Positions 23,835 to 35,137 of a DNA stretch of 64,000 bases are shown here, in pieces. Positions within the stretch are counted from its first letter, which is position 1. Each line of letters opens with the position of its first letter. Location: contig JBKKDM010000177.1 in NCBI GenBank assembly GCA_046707905.1, positions 11,570-75,569 of the forward strand. Reading direction: 5' to 3'. The notes below the pieces were generated by a model that was not told where the DNA came from, searched no databases, and saw only the letters and a program-made list of their open reading frames with translations. This DNA comes from Candidatus Limnocylindrales bacterium. Its GTDB lineage: Bacteria > Chloroflexota > Limnocylindria > Limnocylindrales > CSP1-4. The translations under genes and the position numbers were made by a program.

Positions 23835-23968
23835 GGACGGTCGCAAGGACAACCACGGGCACTTGGCGGCGACCAACGGATGAATGGCGTTGGAGCGCCA
23901 GGGTCGGAGGCGAGGCCTCGTAGGGACACCGCCACCTGGGGCGCATTGGCTAACGAACGCTTCTCCAT

Positions 23969-25501
23969 CTAGGCCGCAGTCCGACCTGGCGCGCTCCGCG
24001 CGTCGGCCCTTGCGCGAGCCGTCGCGGGAAGGCGCCCGGGGGCCGGTGCGAGTTGGCGCTGGGATGACTCGATACTTTTCATTGCGAGAGCCAGCCGCAC
24101 AACCCCCGCCTCGATCTCGCTCGGCGCTAAATGAGCGTAGGACAGGAGCACATCCCGGTCGCCGGCTGGGAGCAGGCGAAACGAACTGATTGGATCCACT
24201 TCGACGCTAAGGGCCCGCGCGGCCATTGCCAATTTGGTACCCGAGACGCGATCGTCGACGATACGACCGACAAGCGATACCCCGGCCGGGCTGGGGGATG
24301 CCTCCAGCAAGCCCGACAGGTGCGTTCGAAGCGCACATAGCAACGCGGCCTGACGATCCGCATACGTTTGACGGAGCCGAACCACGTGGCGGCCAAGATG
24401 GCCCCCATCGATGAAGCGTGCGAGAGCAGCCTGTTCGACCGCGGCGGGCGCTTGGCCCGCAGCGTCCAGAACCTTTCGAAACGCCCCGAGGAATGGGTAA
24501 GGCACAACGGCGAAGGCGGTTCGAACGCCCGGGTAGACCATTGTCGTGAAGGTCGACACGTACATGACGTGACCAGCCGCGTCGTCCGCCTGTAACGCTG
24601 CCTCGTCGTCGAGGTCATAGCGCAGATGACCGTACAGGTCGGCCTCAACAATCAAGGCGCTATTCGCCGCCGCCCAAGCTAGGAGGCCGCCACGGCGCGC
24701 CTCGGAGAGACGACCGCCCAACAGCAACTGCCAGGCGGGCGTCACCAGTGCCAGCTTCCCCCCAGCCGGAAGATTGCCGATGACCATCCCGTCCTCGTCG
24801 ACGGTCCCAGGCACGAACGTCGGACCGGCGAGTGCTAGCGCGCGGCGTAGCTGAGGAGCCGGTGGATCCTCGAGGGCACAGAGGTCGCCCTGACGTAAAG
24901 CCGCTCGACCTGCTATTGCGCATGCAGCCTGTGCGCTGCTCAAGATGACGACCTGCTCAGGGCTGCAACGAATGCCCCGCGTCGCCGAGAAGTACGTCGT
25001 GACGGCCTCGCGTAGGCCCGGATCTCCGAGCCCATCGTGGATGTCCGATGTCAGTGGCGTGGGGTTCTTGGCGAGATCACGCCAGGCGTCCCGAAGGAGT
25101 CGCTCCCAAAGTCGGGCGGGCAGCAATCCCACATCGACATGGCCCGCCCGGAAATCGATCGTGCGTGCGGCTGCCGGACTGGCGGACTGCGAATTGTGGC
25201 TGCCGCGGCCGGGCATTCCCGGCGGTGCTGACGAACGAAGGAACGGCGCGGGCGGGGCGGCCGCAACGCGTGTTCCGACTCCGATCCTTCGGTCGAGATA
25301 GCCGTCTGCGGCAAGCTCTTCGTAGGCTGCCAGAACGGTGATCTTCCCGACCCCGAGTTCGCGTGCGAGCGAACGGACGCCTGGAAGGAGCAAGCCTGGA
25401 CGGAATCGTCCGCCTAGGATTCCCTCTCGTAACTGGCGCTCGATCTGGCGATAGAGCGGAACGCGTGCGCTCCGGTCCAGCGCCAAGAGGGGCCTCAGCA
25501 T
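23969..25501 (-). CDS. GntR/MocR-family regulator (wHTH + PLP aminotransferase-like domain)
   Basis: PLYRQI...LPGVRSLARELGV..TV..AYEEL.ADGY; VTP..Q, YVSTF. Confidence 0.93.
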   Translation of the reverse strand: MLRPLLALDRSARVPLYRQIERQLREGILGGRFRPGLLLPGVRSLARELGVGKITVLAAYEELAADGYLDRRIGVGTRVAAAPPAPFLRSSAPPGMPGRGSHNSQSASPAAARTIDFRAGHVDVGLLPARLWERLLRDAWRDLAKNPTPLTSDIHDGLGDPGLREAVTTYFSATRGIRCSPEQVVILSSAQAACAIAGRAALRQGDLCALEDPPAPQLRRALALAGPTFVPGTVDEDGMVIGNLPAGGKLALVTPAWQLLLGGRLSEARRGGLLAWAAANSALIVEADLYGHLRYDLDDEAALQADDAAGHVMYVSTFTTMVYPGVRTAFAVVPYPFLGAFRKVLDAAGQAPAAVEQAALARFIDGGHLGRHVVRLRQTYADRQAALLCALRTHLSGLLEASPSPAGVSLVGRIVDDRVSGTKLAMAARALSVEVDPISSFRLLPAGDRDVLLSYAHLAPSEIEAGVVRLALAMKSIESSQRQLAPAPGRLPATARARADARSAPGRTAA

Positions 25502-25827
25502 GACCGCTCAGCTGGACGACTAACGCGCAAGAGCAGACGGCAAATCCACCTTCTCAACGTGAACCCCTATCGACCGACGATTGAAGTCGTGCCACTTTCC
25601 GGCGGCGCGACCCAGATCCACCGAAGGCCGTCGCGACGGACCATGCCGGCAGGTCATATACGCCCGCCCTGCCCCAAGCGTTGCTACGTCGCGCTTCGCG
25701 TGCTTGACGCCAACGGCACGGGGCGGGCGGGCGCAATGACCGCCCCAAAATGCCGGCCATCAGGCCGTCGGAGCCCAAAGTGACTTCGTCCCCCAAGCGA
25801 CGCACGGTGCAGGCGGCGGAACTGCAC

Positions 25828-26337
25828 CTAGGTGACGACGGATCCGACTACAGCCGCGGCCGCGGCGACTCCATCGTCGTTTGCCGAGACGATGGACAGG
25901 TACCGCGCCAGGACCGTCAGCAAAGCAACCTGCGCGCGGTCGGCGTCGTCGCCTTCGTGATTGCCCGGGATTGGGTCTCCGCGACGAGCGAAGACGAGCT
26001 GGGTCTTCCTGTTCGAAGTTCGAAAGCACCACTGCGTCCGCCAAATGTTGGCCGGCTCCCACGTAACGGATCGGCCGTCAGCAAACTCCACGTTCCGGCG
26101 ACCGGCCCAGGTGCTCTTGCTGACCTCGGCCACCAGTTCGGTGGTGGTCGTATCCCACACTCGAATCGTGCGGGTCATGTCCCGCTCAATTCGCCATGTC
26201 CCTACGGGAGTCGCTGCCTTGGCTCTCACGCCTGTCAGGTCGAGTGTGGCTAGGATGTCGCCCCCTGCTCGCAATTCGTGGCGGCCGTGGCCCTGCGACC
26301 AGTGGGCATCTCGCGGGAGGCTGGAAACTGCATTCAC
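25828..26337 (-). CDS. Hypothetical protein
   Basis: RBS aggag upstream; plausible globular composition. Confidence 0.6.
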   Translation of the reverse strand: MNAVSSLPRDAHWSQGHGRHELRAGGDILATLDLTGVRAKAATPVGTWRIERDMTRTIRVWDTTTTELVAEVSKSTWAGRRNVEFADGRSVTWEPANIWRTQWCFRTSNRKTQLVFARRGDPIPGNHEGDDADRAQVALLTVLARYLSIVSANDDGVAAAAAVVGSVVT

Positions 26338-26494
26338 GGGTGTCTCCTCGGGTGGTGGCTAGTCAGTCGAGGATGGGGGGCGATCGTCAGGTTCGCATCC
26401 CGCCAAGGAGCGAAACCTGCAACCCCTCGAGAGCGAATTTCTCGCCGGAATTGGCTCGTCATCGGCCGCCAGGTCCCGCGCCATCGCTGTCGGG

Positions 26495-27178
26495 CTAGCG
26501 CTTGGTCGGCGGCTCCCGGCGCGGGCTCACGGCTCCGGCCTCGTAGGCGAATACCGCAGCTTGGACCCGGTCGCGGACCGCAAGCTTCCGCAGGACGGTG
26601 GAGACATGGCTCTTGACGGTCTCCTCGCTCAGGAAACACTCACTGGCGATTTCGGCGTTGCTCATGCCGCGGGCGATCAGCAGAAGGATCTCGAGCTCTC
26701 TCTCAGACAAGGTTCGCAACTTGGTCGTCGCGTCAGCGTTTCCTCGGTGGCCTGCGAATTGTTCGATGAGCCGACTTGTGATCGAGGGGGCGAGCAATGC
26801 CCCCCCCTGGGCCACAGCCCGTACCCCCTGCACCAGTTCTTCGGGTGGCGCGTTCTTGAGCAAGAAGCCCCGCGCACCGACTCGGAGTGCCTCGTAGACA
26901 TACTCGTCAAGTTCGAACGTTGTCAGGACGACGACCCTGGCCGGGAGGAGGCTGGGGAGTGCCTGCAGCCCCGACATCCCAGGCATCTGGATGTCCAAGA
27001 GGACAACATCGGGTCGGAGCCGATGAGTTAGCTCGAGGGCTTCGGCACCGCTAGCCGCCTCGCCAACTACCTCCAGGTCGTCGTGGGCTTGGAGGATGAG
27101 CCTGAACCCGGCCCGGACCAGGGCCTGGTCGTCAACGAGGAGGACACGAATTCTCGGCACATCAGCCGTGCCGTTCAC
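26495..27178 (-). CDS. NarL/LuxR-family response regulator
   Basis: VLLVDDQ, DVVLLDIQMP, LSERELEIL, TVKSHVSTVLRKL. Confidence 0.96.
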   Translation of the reverse strand: MNGTADVPRIRVLLVDDQALVRAGFRLILQAHDDLEVVGEAASGAEALELTHRLRPDVVLLDIQMPGMSGLQALPSLLPARVVVLTTFELDEYVYEALRVGARGFLLKNAPPEELVQGVRAVAQGGALLAPSITSRLIEQFAGHRGNADATTKLRTLSERELEILLLIARGMSNAEIASECFLSEETVKSHVSTVLRKLAVRDRVQAAVFAYEAGAVSPRREPPTKR

Positions 27179-28440
27179 GTCGACAGGGGGAAGATGGCCC
27201 GAACCAAGAAGCCTCCCTCTTGCCGTGGGCCGGCAACGAGATGCCCACCAAAGAGCCCCACGCGCTCCCGCATGCCGACAATACCGCGGCCTCCAGTAGC
27301 AATCGACGACGAGTCGCCCGTGCCGTCGTCTTCGATCGCCACTTCAAGCCTTCCCTCGCGGTAGCTAATGGTGACCGTCACCGCCTTCGCGTGAGCATGC
27401 TTGATTACATTCGTCAGGCTCTCCTGGACGATCCGATACGCCGATAGCCCGAGGGTCTCGGGCAGAGTGACGGGGATCCCGACGATGGCCAGTCTTGCCT
27501 GCAAGCCGGCATCGCGAACATTTTCGATCAGGCTTTGGACCTGGTCGAGGCTGTCACCCTTCGGCGGGCCGTCGAGGTCGTTTTCTCGCCGCAGTGCCGA
27601 TAGAAGGCGACGCATCTCCTGGACCGCATTTCGGCTCGAGGATTCGATCTGAAGCAGGATCTCGTGCGCCCTCGTAGGCTCGGCTGGAAGAACGGACCGC
27701 GCCGCGCCCGCTTGGATTCCCATGACGCTGACGTGGTGAGCCACCACATCGTGGAGTTCCCGAGCGATCCGAACGCGTTCATCCTGCACAACGCGCTGCT
27801 CGCGTCCGAGCCGATCGCGCTCAAGTGCACGCGCCCGCCGATCCAGCTCGCGCTCGTACATCTCGCGGTCGCGGAACCAGTCGCCCATCAACCACGCTCC
27901 AAGGTAAAGAAATGCGTTGAGGGGTACCGCGGCGAGCAAATAGAGCGGTAGCAGATCACCAAGTTCATCTCTGGCGGCGATCAGGTGGAGAATCACGTAT
28001 CCGAGCAGTGCCACCACGGCGCCGCCGCGCACGACCCGTCGATAGGCCGATGCGTACGCGCCCGCGGAGAACAGAGCGACTAGGAGGGCGATCGATGGCC
28101 CGCTGGTCTGTGGCACATCGAGCTCGACCAAGGTGATGTACGTCACAGATACCACGACCAGGATGATGTTGGGATGGGCTCGCCGCAAGGCCAATGGAAG
28201 GGTCGTTGCCAACACAATGACGCCAGCCAGCTCGACGGGTGGCAGGCCTGCGAGTCCTCCTCGGTAAGGGAGGAGGAGTAAGGCTAGGGAGAGGAGAGCG
28301 AGTATTCCAGCAAGCGCACTGTCAACGAGGAGCACGCCCCTTCTCGAGTGTCGGCCGCTGGCCACGCGGACCCCTCCCAGCGCACCTGGGTCAGACGTGG
28401 TGCCCGGAGCTTCTTCTGCGTGACTACTCCACCTCGTCAT
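27175..28440 (-). CDS. Membrane sensor histidine kinase (HisKA_3 type)
   Basis: ERVRIARELHDVVAH, QESLTNVIKHA, DDGTG, GIVGMRER. Start moved to ATG 28440. Confidence 0.93.
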   Translation of the reverse strand: MTRWSSHAEEAPGTTSDPGALGGVRVASGRHSRRGVLLVDSALAGILALLSLALLLLPYRGGLAGLPPVELAGVIVLATTLPLALRRAHPNIILVVVSVTYITLVELDVPQTSGPSIALLVALFSAGAYASAYRRVVRGGAVVALLGYVILHLIAARDELGDLLPLYLLAAVPLNAFLYLGAWLMGDWFRDREMYERELDRRARALERDRLGREQRVVQDERVRIARELHDVVAHHVSVMGIQAGAARSVLPAEPTRAHEILLQIESSSRNAVQEMRRLLSALRRENDLDGPPKGDSLDQVQSLIENVRDAGLQARLAIVGIPVTLPETLGLSAYRIVQESLTNVIKHAHAKAVTVTISYREGRLEVAIEDDGTGDSSSIATGGRGIVGMRERVGLFGGHLVAGPRQEGGFLVRAIFPLST

Positions 28441-28571
28441 GGCTCCACTCTGCACCTCGCGGGGATGGGATTGGGTGACCACGCCCGGCGCGACTGGTTC
28501 CTCGCCCGAGCCTAGTATCGTCCACTGGGCGACGGAAACCGAGCGCAACTCATGACCCCGAGGCTCACGGG

Positions 28572-31238
28572 TTAACGCTCTTCGAACGACCGCACGGGGC
28601 TCAATCGATACGCTTCCGATAACGGCACGGCCACTGCGATCGCCGTCCCGGCCAACCCGGCGAGAGCGGCCAGCCCGATTCCGAGGCCGATTGTCGGCCA
28701 GCTGGCGCCCACCATGGACCCGATCGTGGCGACCATCGACGAAGCCAGGCTGACAGCGATTAACCACAGCGTCAGGCCCTGCCAGATGAGCACCTCGAGG
28801 ACGGTCTGCCTGGGCCAGCCGATGGCGCGGAAGGTCGCGAACTCCGGCAGCCGTTCTAGGAATCCGACGGTGACGACCTGACCCGCCGTGCTGGCTCCCA
28901 TGAGCAGCGCGACGGTTCCCAGCACGAGGTGATAAGGCTCGGCTTGGATGGCGAGATGTGCGCCCAGGAAGGTCGTATCCAGCCGCCCCCGGAACTCGTC
29001 GGCCAGGATCACGAGCGTTCCTAGGAGCGCGGCACTAGTGGCGAGCGCCATGATCCCGATGGCTGCGGCCCCCCGCCGGTCGGATAGATCGCGCAGTGCA
29101 AAGGCCCCAAGAGACCTGGGTGAGCTCGATGGGCGAATTCGGTTCGAAGCCGGGTGGACTGTCGCGAGAGTGGTGCGCATTGCCGCCCTCGCCGGCGCCA
29201 GCCCGGCAAGTCCCGCCACGACCGGCGTAACGAGCAGTGCAACCAGAACGACGCGCGGGTCAAGAGCAAGCCCGAGCAGTCCACCTATGAGAAGTGCTAT
29301 CGCCGCGGCCACCACCGCTGAAAGGACGCTCAGCAGGACGATTTCCTGTTCCACCAGCCAGGCGACGCGCCTGCCGGACCAGCCAAGGGCTCTGAGGATG
29401 CCGAACTCGCGACGGCGTCGCCGCACGGAGACCAGGGCCGCTTGAGCGACGAGCGCAAATGAGGTAAAGCCAATCGCCAACGAAAGCGCGAAGTCCTGAC
29501 TCCGCGCCGCCTCGAGAAAGACGATGGCAACCCCTTTCCGGGACCAGCCTTCCTCGACGGTCATTGCAGGACGGCCGAACTCGCCGGCGGGAAGATCGAC
29601 GAGGACTGAAGCTGGCGATGCGCCCTTCACGACGTCCACGACTAGACCAGTCGCCTGGCCTATCTCGGCGGCGACCCCGGCCAATCTGCTGATGGCGTCT
29701 CGACTCGGCAGCGCCCCGAGGCCCGCTACGCGAACACGTATGACGCTGATGAACCTTGTTCCCGGCTGCCCTGCGTAGCGCATTGGGTCGGCCAGCCACT
29801 TCGACACGCCGAGGTTCGTGAGGAGCAACGGCGGCGAATTGACATACCCGGCCATGGATCTGGTCGGGCCAAGCTCTCTGCCATCACTCGTCGCTCGGAC
29901 AGAAGGGTATGCGTAGGTCTCGAGTCGTCCACCCGCGAGCGGGTCGAAGCCGGTCAGGCACGCTGGGTCATATTGGCCGACCTGTTGCCAGATTTTCGGC
30001 CGGTACGAGGTGCCGGGGACGGGCTCAGCCACATCGGAATGCTCGATGACGTCCCGGAACCAGCTGTCGCGTGCCTCCGGAGGTACGAGCAAGGAGTCCG
30101 CGACTTCGAATTCCACGTAGTTGTTCGCCTTGGCGTAGACACCTAGATCGGGCGTGTGGGTAATGGCACGCAGATGTGGCTCACGCACATCCCCGATGTC
30201 GTCGTATGTGACTTCCCCAGCTGACCAAAGGGGCCAGTAATCGACGTAGTCATGAATTGACGGCAGGTAGCGCGAGTACAGCTCTGCCAAGGAAACGTCA
30301 ATCCGGGTGCCGCTGCTCCAGTCAGTCAGATCCCTAGGCTGAACGCCACGCTCGAGCATGGCGGCGTCGCCGGCTTCGGAGATGGTGACCGTCACGTGCT
30401 GGTCCATGAATGATCGGGTGCTGACGAGGACGGGAAGTTTGGTTAGTTGCTCTTCGTCCGGGGCACCTACATCCTCGGGCTGATCATCCGCCCGTAGGTA
30501 CCGGCCGCTCGCAACACAACCGTCGAGCCCGGCGAGCGCCGCTTCTGCCTCCGGGTCGATTCCAGCAACCATGATCGGCTGCATCAGCGGCAAGTAGTAC
30601 CGCGCGTCGTCGACTGACGGATAGCCGCCTGCCTCGCACCCTTCCTCGCTGCAGACCTCACCCGCGAAGCAGTTGGTGGGATACCGACATCCAATCGAAC
30701 CCTTCCCAATCGACATCTGCCGATCTCCGCCGGCGAAGCTAAACGAACCGTCCGGGGCGACGACGATGAAGCGCTCGTCGGCCGGGAAGGCTGACAGGCC
30801 GGCGTCACCTGTTGTCGTCGCGGTGACTCGGAAAGCGCGGATGGCGTTTGCGCTCCCCCCCTGGGGCAGCGGCAACTCGAGCGCCGATGGCCAGTTGACG
30901 AAGCCCAGCACGCTGATGGGCGCGGCGACCTCGACTCCCGCGATCCCGCGAACCTTTTCGAGGTCCGCGAGGCTCACCCCGCCGTTGATCCCCGTGATGA
31001 AATTCGGCCGCACTAGTCCTTGGGCTGCTTCCAAGCCGGTTTGCCTACCTGGCGGCCGAATTAGTAGGTCATACGGCGTGTCCCAAGCGCGCCCGATGTC
31101 GCCCTCCAGCGCGGCTTGGGCCGATCGCGTTGAACCCAATAGGAGGATCAGCATCGCGGCGGTCAGCGCGACAACGCCGAAGGCAAAGGCCGACCCCACC
31201 GGCCGAGCGGCCAAGCGACGAAGCGTCGTCGAGATCAT
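28572..31238 (-). CDS. FtsX/MacB-like ABC exporter permease
   Basis: Two RRREFGILRALGW / ERLPEFATFRAIGW motifs; large extracytoplasmic loop. Confidence 0.9.
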   Translation of the reverse strand: MISTTLRRLAARPVGSAFAFGVVALTAAMLILLLGSTRSAQAALEGDIGRAWDTPYDLLIRPPGRQTGLEAAQGLVRPNFITGINGGVSLADLEKVRGIAGVEVAAPISVLGFVNWPSALELPLPQGGSANAIRAFRVTATTTGDAGLSAFPADERFIVVAPDGSFSFAGGDRQMSIGKGSIGCRYPTNCFAGEVCSEEGCEAGGYPSVDDARYYLPLMQPIMVAGIDPEAEAALAGLDGCVASGRYLRADDQPEDVGAPDEEQLTKLPVLVSTRSFMDQHVTVTISEAGDAAMLERGVQPRDLTDWSSGTRIDVSLAELYSRYLPSIHDYVDYWPLWSAGEVTYDDIGDVREPHLRAITHTPDLGVYAKANNYVEFEVADSLLVPPEARDSWFRDVIEHSDVAEPVPGTSYRPKIWQQVGQYDPACLTGFDPLAGGRLETYAYPSVRATSDGRELGPTRSMAGYVNSPPLLLTNLGVSKWLADPMRYAGQPGTRFISVIRVRVAGLGALPSRDAISRLAGVAAEIGQATGLVVDVVKGASPASVLVDLPAGEFGRPAMTVEEGWSRKGVAIVFLEAARSQDFALSLAIGFTSFALVAQAALVSVRRRRREFGILRALGWSGRRVAWLVEQEIVLLSVLSAVVAAAIALLIGGLLGLALDPRVVLVALLVTPVVAGLAGLAPARAAMRTTLATVHPASNRIRPSSSPRSLGAFALRDLSDRRGAAAIGIMALATSAALLGTLVILADEFRGRLDTTFLGAHLAIQAEPYHLVLGTVALLMGASTAGQVVTVGFLERLPEFATFRAIGWPRQTVLEVLIWQGLTLWLIAVSLASSMVATIGSMVGASWPTIGLGIGLAALAGLAGTAIAVAVPLSEAYRLSPVRSFEER

Positions 31239-31242
31239 GGCA

Positions 31243-31950
31243 TCAGCCGCGTGCCTTCAGGACGGAAGCGTTTTCGCGAGCATCCTTCGTGGCGAGATCC
31301 ACGACGCGGTCCGCAATAGCGGTGACTAGTGGATCGTGGGTCGCGATGAGTAGCGTCAGCCCCATCTCGCGACGGATCGTGTCCAGGAGTCTGAGTAATT
31401 CGGCAGTGGTCGCCCGATCGAGGTTGCCCGTGGGCTCATCAGCCAGCAGCACACGCGGCTCTCCCACAAGAGCACGGGCGATCCCAACCCGCTGCCGTTC
31501 GCCACCGGAAAGCCGGCCAGGCGGATGATCCAAGCGATCGCCCAGGCCGACGGCCGCGAGAAGATCGCGCGCGCGAGCCTCAACTTCGCGCGAACGTCCC
31601 CATGGTAGTCGAGCAATCGCCACGTTCTCGAGCGCCGTCAGGCCAGGCAGCAGGTTGGGGTCCTGAAACACGAGCCCGACGGACTGGGCACGGAACCGTG
31701 TTAGTTGAGCATCCGACATCCACGCCAGTACTTGGCCCAGCACCCGAACGTCTCCCTCAGAAGGTCTGTCCAAGCCAGCGATCAGGTTCATGAGCGTCGT
31801 CTTGCCCGAACCCGACGGTCCAGTGATGGCGACCGCCTCGGCTAGTTCGACCGCGAACGACACGTCCCCAAGCGCCACGACGAGGTCATCGCCTGATCCG
31901 TAGCGTCGAGACACATGGTCTATCTGGACGGCGAAGTCCCCCATGTGCAC
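31243..31950 (-). CDS. ABC transporter ATP-binding protein (LolD/MacB-like)
   Basis: GPSGSGKTT, LSGGERQR, LADEPTGNLD. Confidence 0.96.
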   Translation of the reverse strand: MHMGDFAVQIDHVSRRYGSGDDLVVALGDVSFAVELAEAVAITGPSGSGKTTLMNLIAGLDRPSEGDVRVLGQVLAWMSDAQLTRFRAQSVGLVFQDPNLLPGLTALENVAIARLPWGRSREVEARARDLLAAVGLGDRLDHPPGRLSGGERQRVGIARALVGEPRVLLADEPTGNLDRATTAELLRLLDTIRREMGLTLLIATHDPLVTAIADRVVDLATKDARENASVLKARG

Positions 31951-32524
31951 TTACCTCCTCGGGGGCTGGCCTCTAGGTGAACGCGGCAGTGCCTGCACGT
32001 GGGCAGGTTCGGCCTTGGCGGACCCTTCTTCTGGTCAACCGCGACCGCTCAGATCCGAGCGTAGGACCCGCAGTCGGCCGACGACAGGGCCGCCAAGGTC
32101 ACCGCCATAGGCTCACCCTACCCGGACTCCAATCCAGAAGGCTGATGCCGCTCTTGCTGTGACCCAAGGCGCGCTGCGTGGTGACCCTAGACGTGGTTTG
32201 CAGACTTTGATCAGTGTCACAGTCGAAGAGCGCCCTGAGCCGACGGCGTGACTCGAGAAACATGCGTGCCGACGCCCGCTGGCGTTGGCCTCCTGTTCTT
32301 GGCCTGATCGTGGCGGGCACCCTCCATGTGCTACGAGATGCGACCTCCCACCTCCCCTCCGCCGTGGACATCTCGGAAAGGGATGCGGGTTGCCTGTCTT
32401 CCTGGTGGCGCTGGAGTTTCGCTCCCGGGAGGGATCACGGTTCGCTCTTGGGACGGATGCGGATCATGACCCGGGTCCCTAGCGTCAACCGAGGACTAGC
32501 TTCTTCAGCAACCTAGGAGATCCG

Positions 32525-32953
32525 ATGAAAGCCTTGGTCAATCGCGTGCAGCCGCGGGGCTTGCTCGCCCTCTTCGCTATTCAGTTCGTGGTGTCGGTCG
32601 CCATCGTCCTGCTTGCCAGTCTTGGCTTGATGGGCGATCCGCCTCCAGTCTGGACCGGTCTGATCGATGTGGCGCTGGTGTTTACGCTCCTTACGACCAT
32701 TCGTGTGCTCGACCGGGTGACGCCGGGGGAGTCCAAGGTCGCGGCGCTCCGATACGGGTACCCCGCGGCTATGGTGCTCACGTCTGGACTTATTGCTGCC
32801 TGTTGGTTTGGCCTGACGATGATTGATATGAACGTGCTCCTGCCTGGACTGGCTTGGCGGGTCGGAGTGCTGCTCTGGGCCCTGCCGGCGCTTATCGCGA
32901 CCGTCATCCGATCGGCCGTTCAAGAGCGCGCGATCACCGGGTCGGGGGCCTAG
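32525..32953 (+). CDS. Membrane protein (about 4 TM)
   Basis: RBS aggag; hydrophobic segments. Confidence 0.7.
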   Translation: MKALVNRVQPRGLLALFAIQFVVSVAIVLLASLGLMGDPPPVWTGLIDVALVFTLLTTIRVLDRVTPGESKVAALRYGYPAAMVLTSGLIAACWFGLTMIDMNVLLPGLAWRVGVLLWALPALIATVIRSAVQERAITGSGA

Positions 32954-33095
32954 CCACCTTCGGGGCGCACACGAGGCGCTGAGTTTCCGGACGCAGCCCT
33001 CGCCTCAGAGTCGCCTGCGGTCGGCCCATTGCTTCGTCGGAACTCCGTACCTGTACTCGCGTCTGTCGCTGAACAGAAACAGGAGGCATCCCAAC

Positions 33096-33542
33096 ATGCG
33101 GTTCAGTCTGACGGCTGCCCTCCTTGCGGGCGCCTGCTTGATCGGGCTAATCGTGGGAGGTTGCTCCGCGGGCAGCCCGTCCCAGAGCCCGGCGCCACCA
33201 ACCTCCGTGGCGCCTGCCAGCGCTGCCGCCAGGACTGTGGTGGTGACTTTCGAATCTGGCGGAGAGCACTACCGCGTTGAGCTCGTTGAATCAGATGACA
33301 TCGCGCGAGCCCGGACTTTGCTTGAGAATGGCTCGGGACCCGCGATTCCGAACGGGCGCATCAAGCGAGGGGAGACAGGCGTCAACGCCGGCTACTCGTG
33401 GTCAATCGACCCTCTCGACATTGAGTTTGCGGACATCACAACCGAGGTGTGCGACGGCGTCCCCAAGGATGTCGGGCTTGCGAGTTGGTCCTCTGACCGG
33501 TTCTGCCCTTGGACTGCTAGGGTGGTCGCCGTTGACCCATGA
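33096..33542 (+). CDS. Lipoprotein with BP74-like Cys-containing domain
   Basis: Lipobox VGGC; PNG.I..G...N.GYSW.IDP, EVCDG.P, FCPW. Confidence 0.7.
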   Translation: MRFSLTAALLAGACLIGLIVGGCSAGSPSQSPAPPTSVAPASAAARTVVVTFESGGEHYRVELVESDDIARARTLLENGSGPAIPNGRIKRGETGVNAGYSWSIDPLDIEFADITTEVCDGVPKDVGLASWSSDRFCPWTARVVAVDP

Positions 33543-33890
33543 GCCTTGTGGCTGGGTAAGTACCAAGCGCGAAGGCGCCCGCTCGGAACGCCGGACCCAG
33601 AAAGTCTCCGTTTCCGATCGTACATGGGCCTTGAGGTGAGACTCGAGTTGGTGACTGCCGTCGAACGAAGTCGAGACGCGTCGTGGAGGTATGGAGTCGC
33701 GCTAACAGAGGATGAAGCCGCTGAAGTGGATCGAAGGATAAAGGTACAGAACGAGGTTGGGCCGATAGCGGCCTTTCTCGCTGCTAACGCCGACCGTTCT
33801 GGTGGATGTACTCCCAATAACCGTGCAACCAAGCCCGTAACCTTCGCTAGGTGTGACCTTAAGCTGTGGTGCTGGAAGGCAAGAGCTTGC

Positions 33891-34601
33891 TGGTCCGCAC
33901 CAACGTCCTCGGGCAAGACGATGATCGGCGAGCTCGCGGCGGTACGCGCCGCTCTCGATCGCCGCCGCGCGATCTTCTTGCTGCCTATGCGGGCGCTCGT
34001 GAACGACAAATACGCGGCGTTCACTTCGACCTACGGCGAGTTCGGCATCCGAACGATCCGCGCGACCGGCGAGATCGAGGACGACATCCCTGACCTGATG
34101 CGCGGCCGCTACGACATCTGCCTCATGACCAACCAGAAATTCGCCGCGATGGCACTCGCCATGCCGTACCTCCTCGACCAGGTGTCCGTGATCGTGCTCG
34201 ACGAAGCCCAGATGATTGCCGACCCCAACCGCGGCGTCGTACTCGAATTCCTTCTGACGATGCTCAAGGTTCGAGCGCAAGGCGGCCCCGTGCCGCAGGT
34301 GGTCCTCCTGTCGGCAGTAATCGGCGCTGCGAACGGGCTCGACCGATGGCTCGATGCGGGCTTGCTAGTTACCACTCAGCGACCGGTGCCTCTCGACGAA
34401 GGGCTACTGCGGTCGAACGGCGACTTCCGGTACATCGATGCCACTGGGGTCGAGCAAACGGAGTCGGGCATGATCCAGCCGCGGTGGGGTCGCGGCTCCG
34501 CGCAGGACTGGATCATTCCGCTCGTCCGCCGGCTCGTCGACGGCGGCGAACAGGTCATCGTGTTTCGTTCGACCCGGGGAACCGATGCCCTTACGTCATG
34601 A
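33891..34601 (+). pseudogene. Ski2/Hel308-like DEAD/DEAH helicase fragment (motifs I-IV only)
   Basis: APTSSGKT, PMRALVNDK, DEAQ, LLSA, VIVF; lacks N-terminus and the RecA2 end. Preceded in frame by unrelated sequence. Confidence 0.8.
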
Positions 34602-35137
34602 TCGATCAGCTCGATTCGCTGAAGGTCGATGTCGTCGGGTCGTTCTTGCCGGAGCGCCTGAAGCTCACTCCCATTGCCCGCCACCTCGACGGCGCGTCAT
34701 CTTCACTCGTGCCTATCCACTCAACGATCGTTGTCGGCGCCGACGACATAGGGGTCCGCCACCTAGCTCAGGGACTCGCGCCGTCCTGCTTGACGATCGG
34801 AGCAACCTCCCATTTCCTGACGTTGGTCACGGAGCATCCAGCTGGCCAGCCCTGCGCGGGGTGCGCTCACGCCAACCTGGGCGAGCCCGTAGCCGTGATC
34901 CCGACGTGGTCGATCGTCTCGTTTTGGGCAGGCTTGCTCGTCGCGATTCGGGTCGTCGCGCGCGCGATCGGCACATCCTACGCGCCGTCGCGACAGGTAA
35001 CGACCTTTTGGCCACTTCGGCCCGACGCACTCTTCGAACACGACTTGGCCTTGAACCCGACTTGCCCGATCTCTGGGAGACACACAGGCTCGACGAGGTC
35101 AACCACGAGGCTACCTGGGGTCAACTCGGTGGCTTGA
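34598..35137 (+). pseudogene. ThiF/E1-like C-terminal half (no GxGxxG)
   Basis: IVVGADD..R, PCAGC, IPTWS.VS..AG, terminal CP. Confidence 0.5.

Noticed and set aside
31977-32500. Possible peptidase remnant (GGDLGGPVVG) on the minus strand
   Set aside because: Too short and fragmented to support a call.
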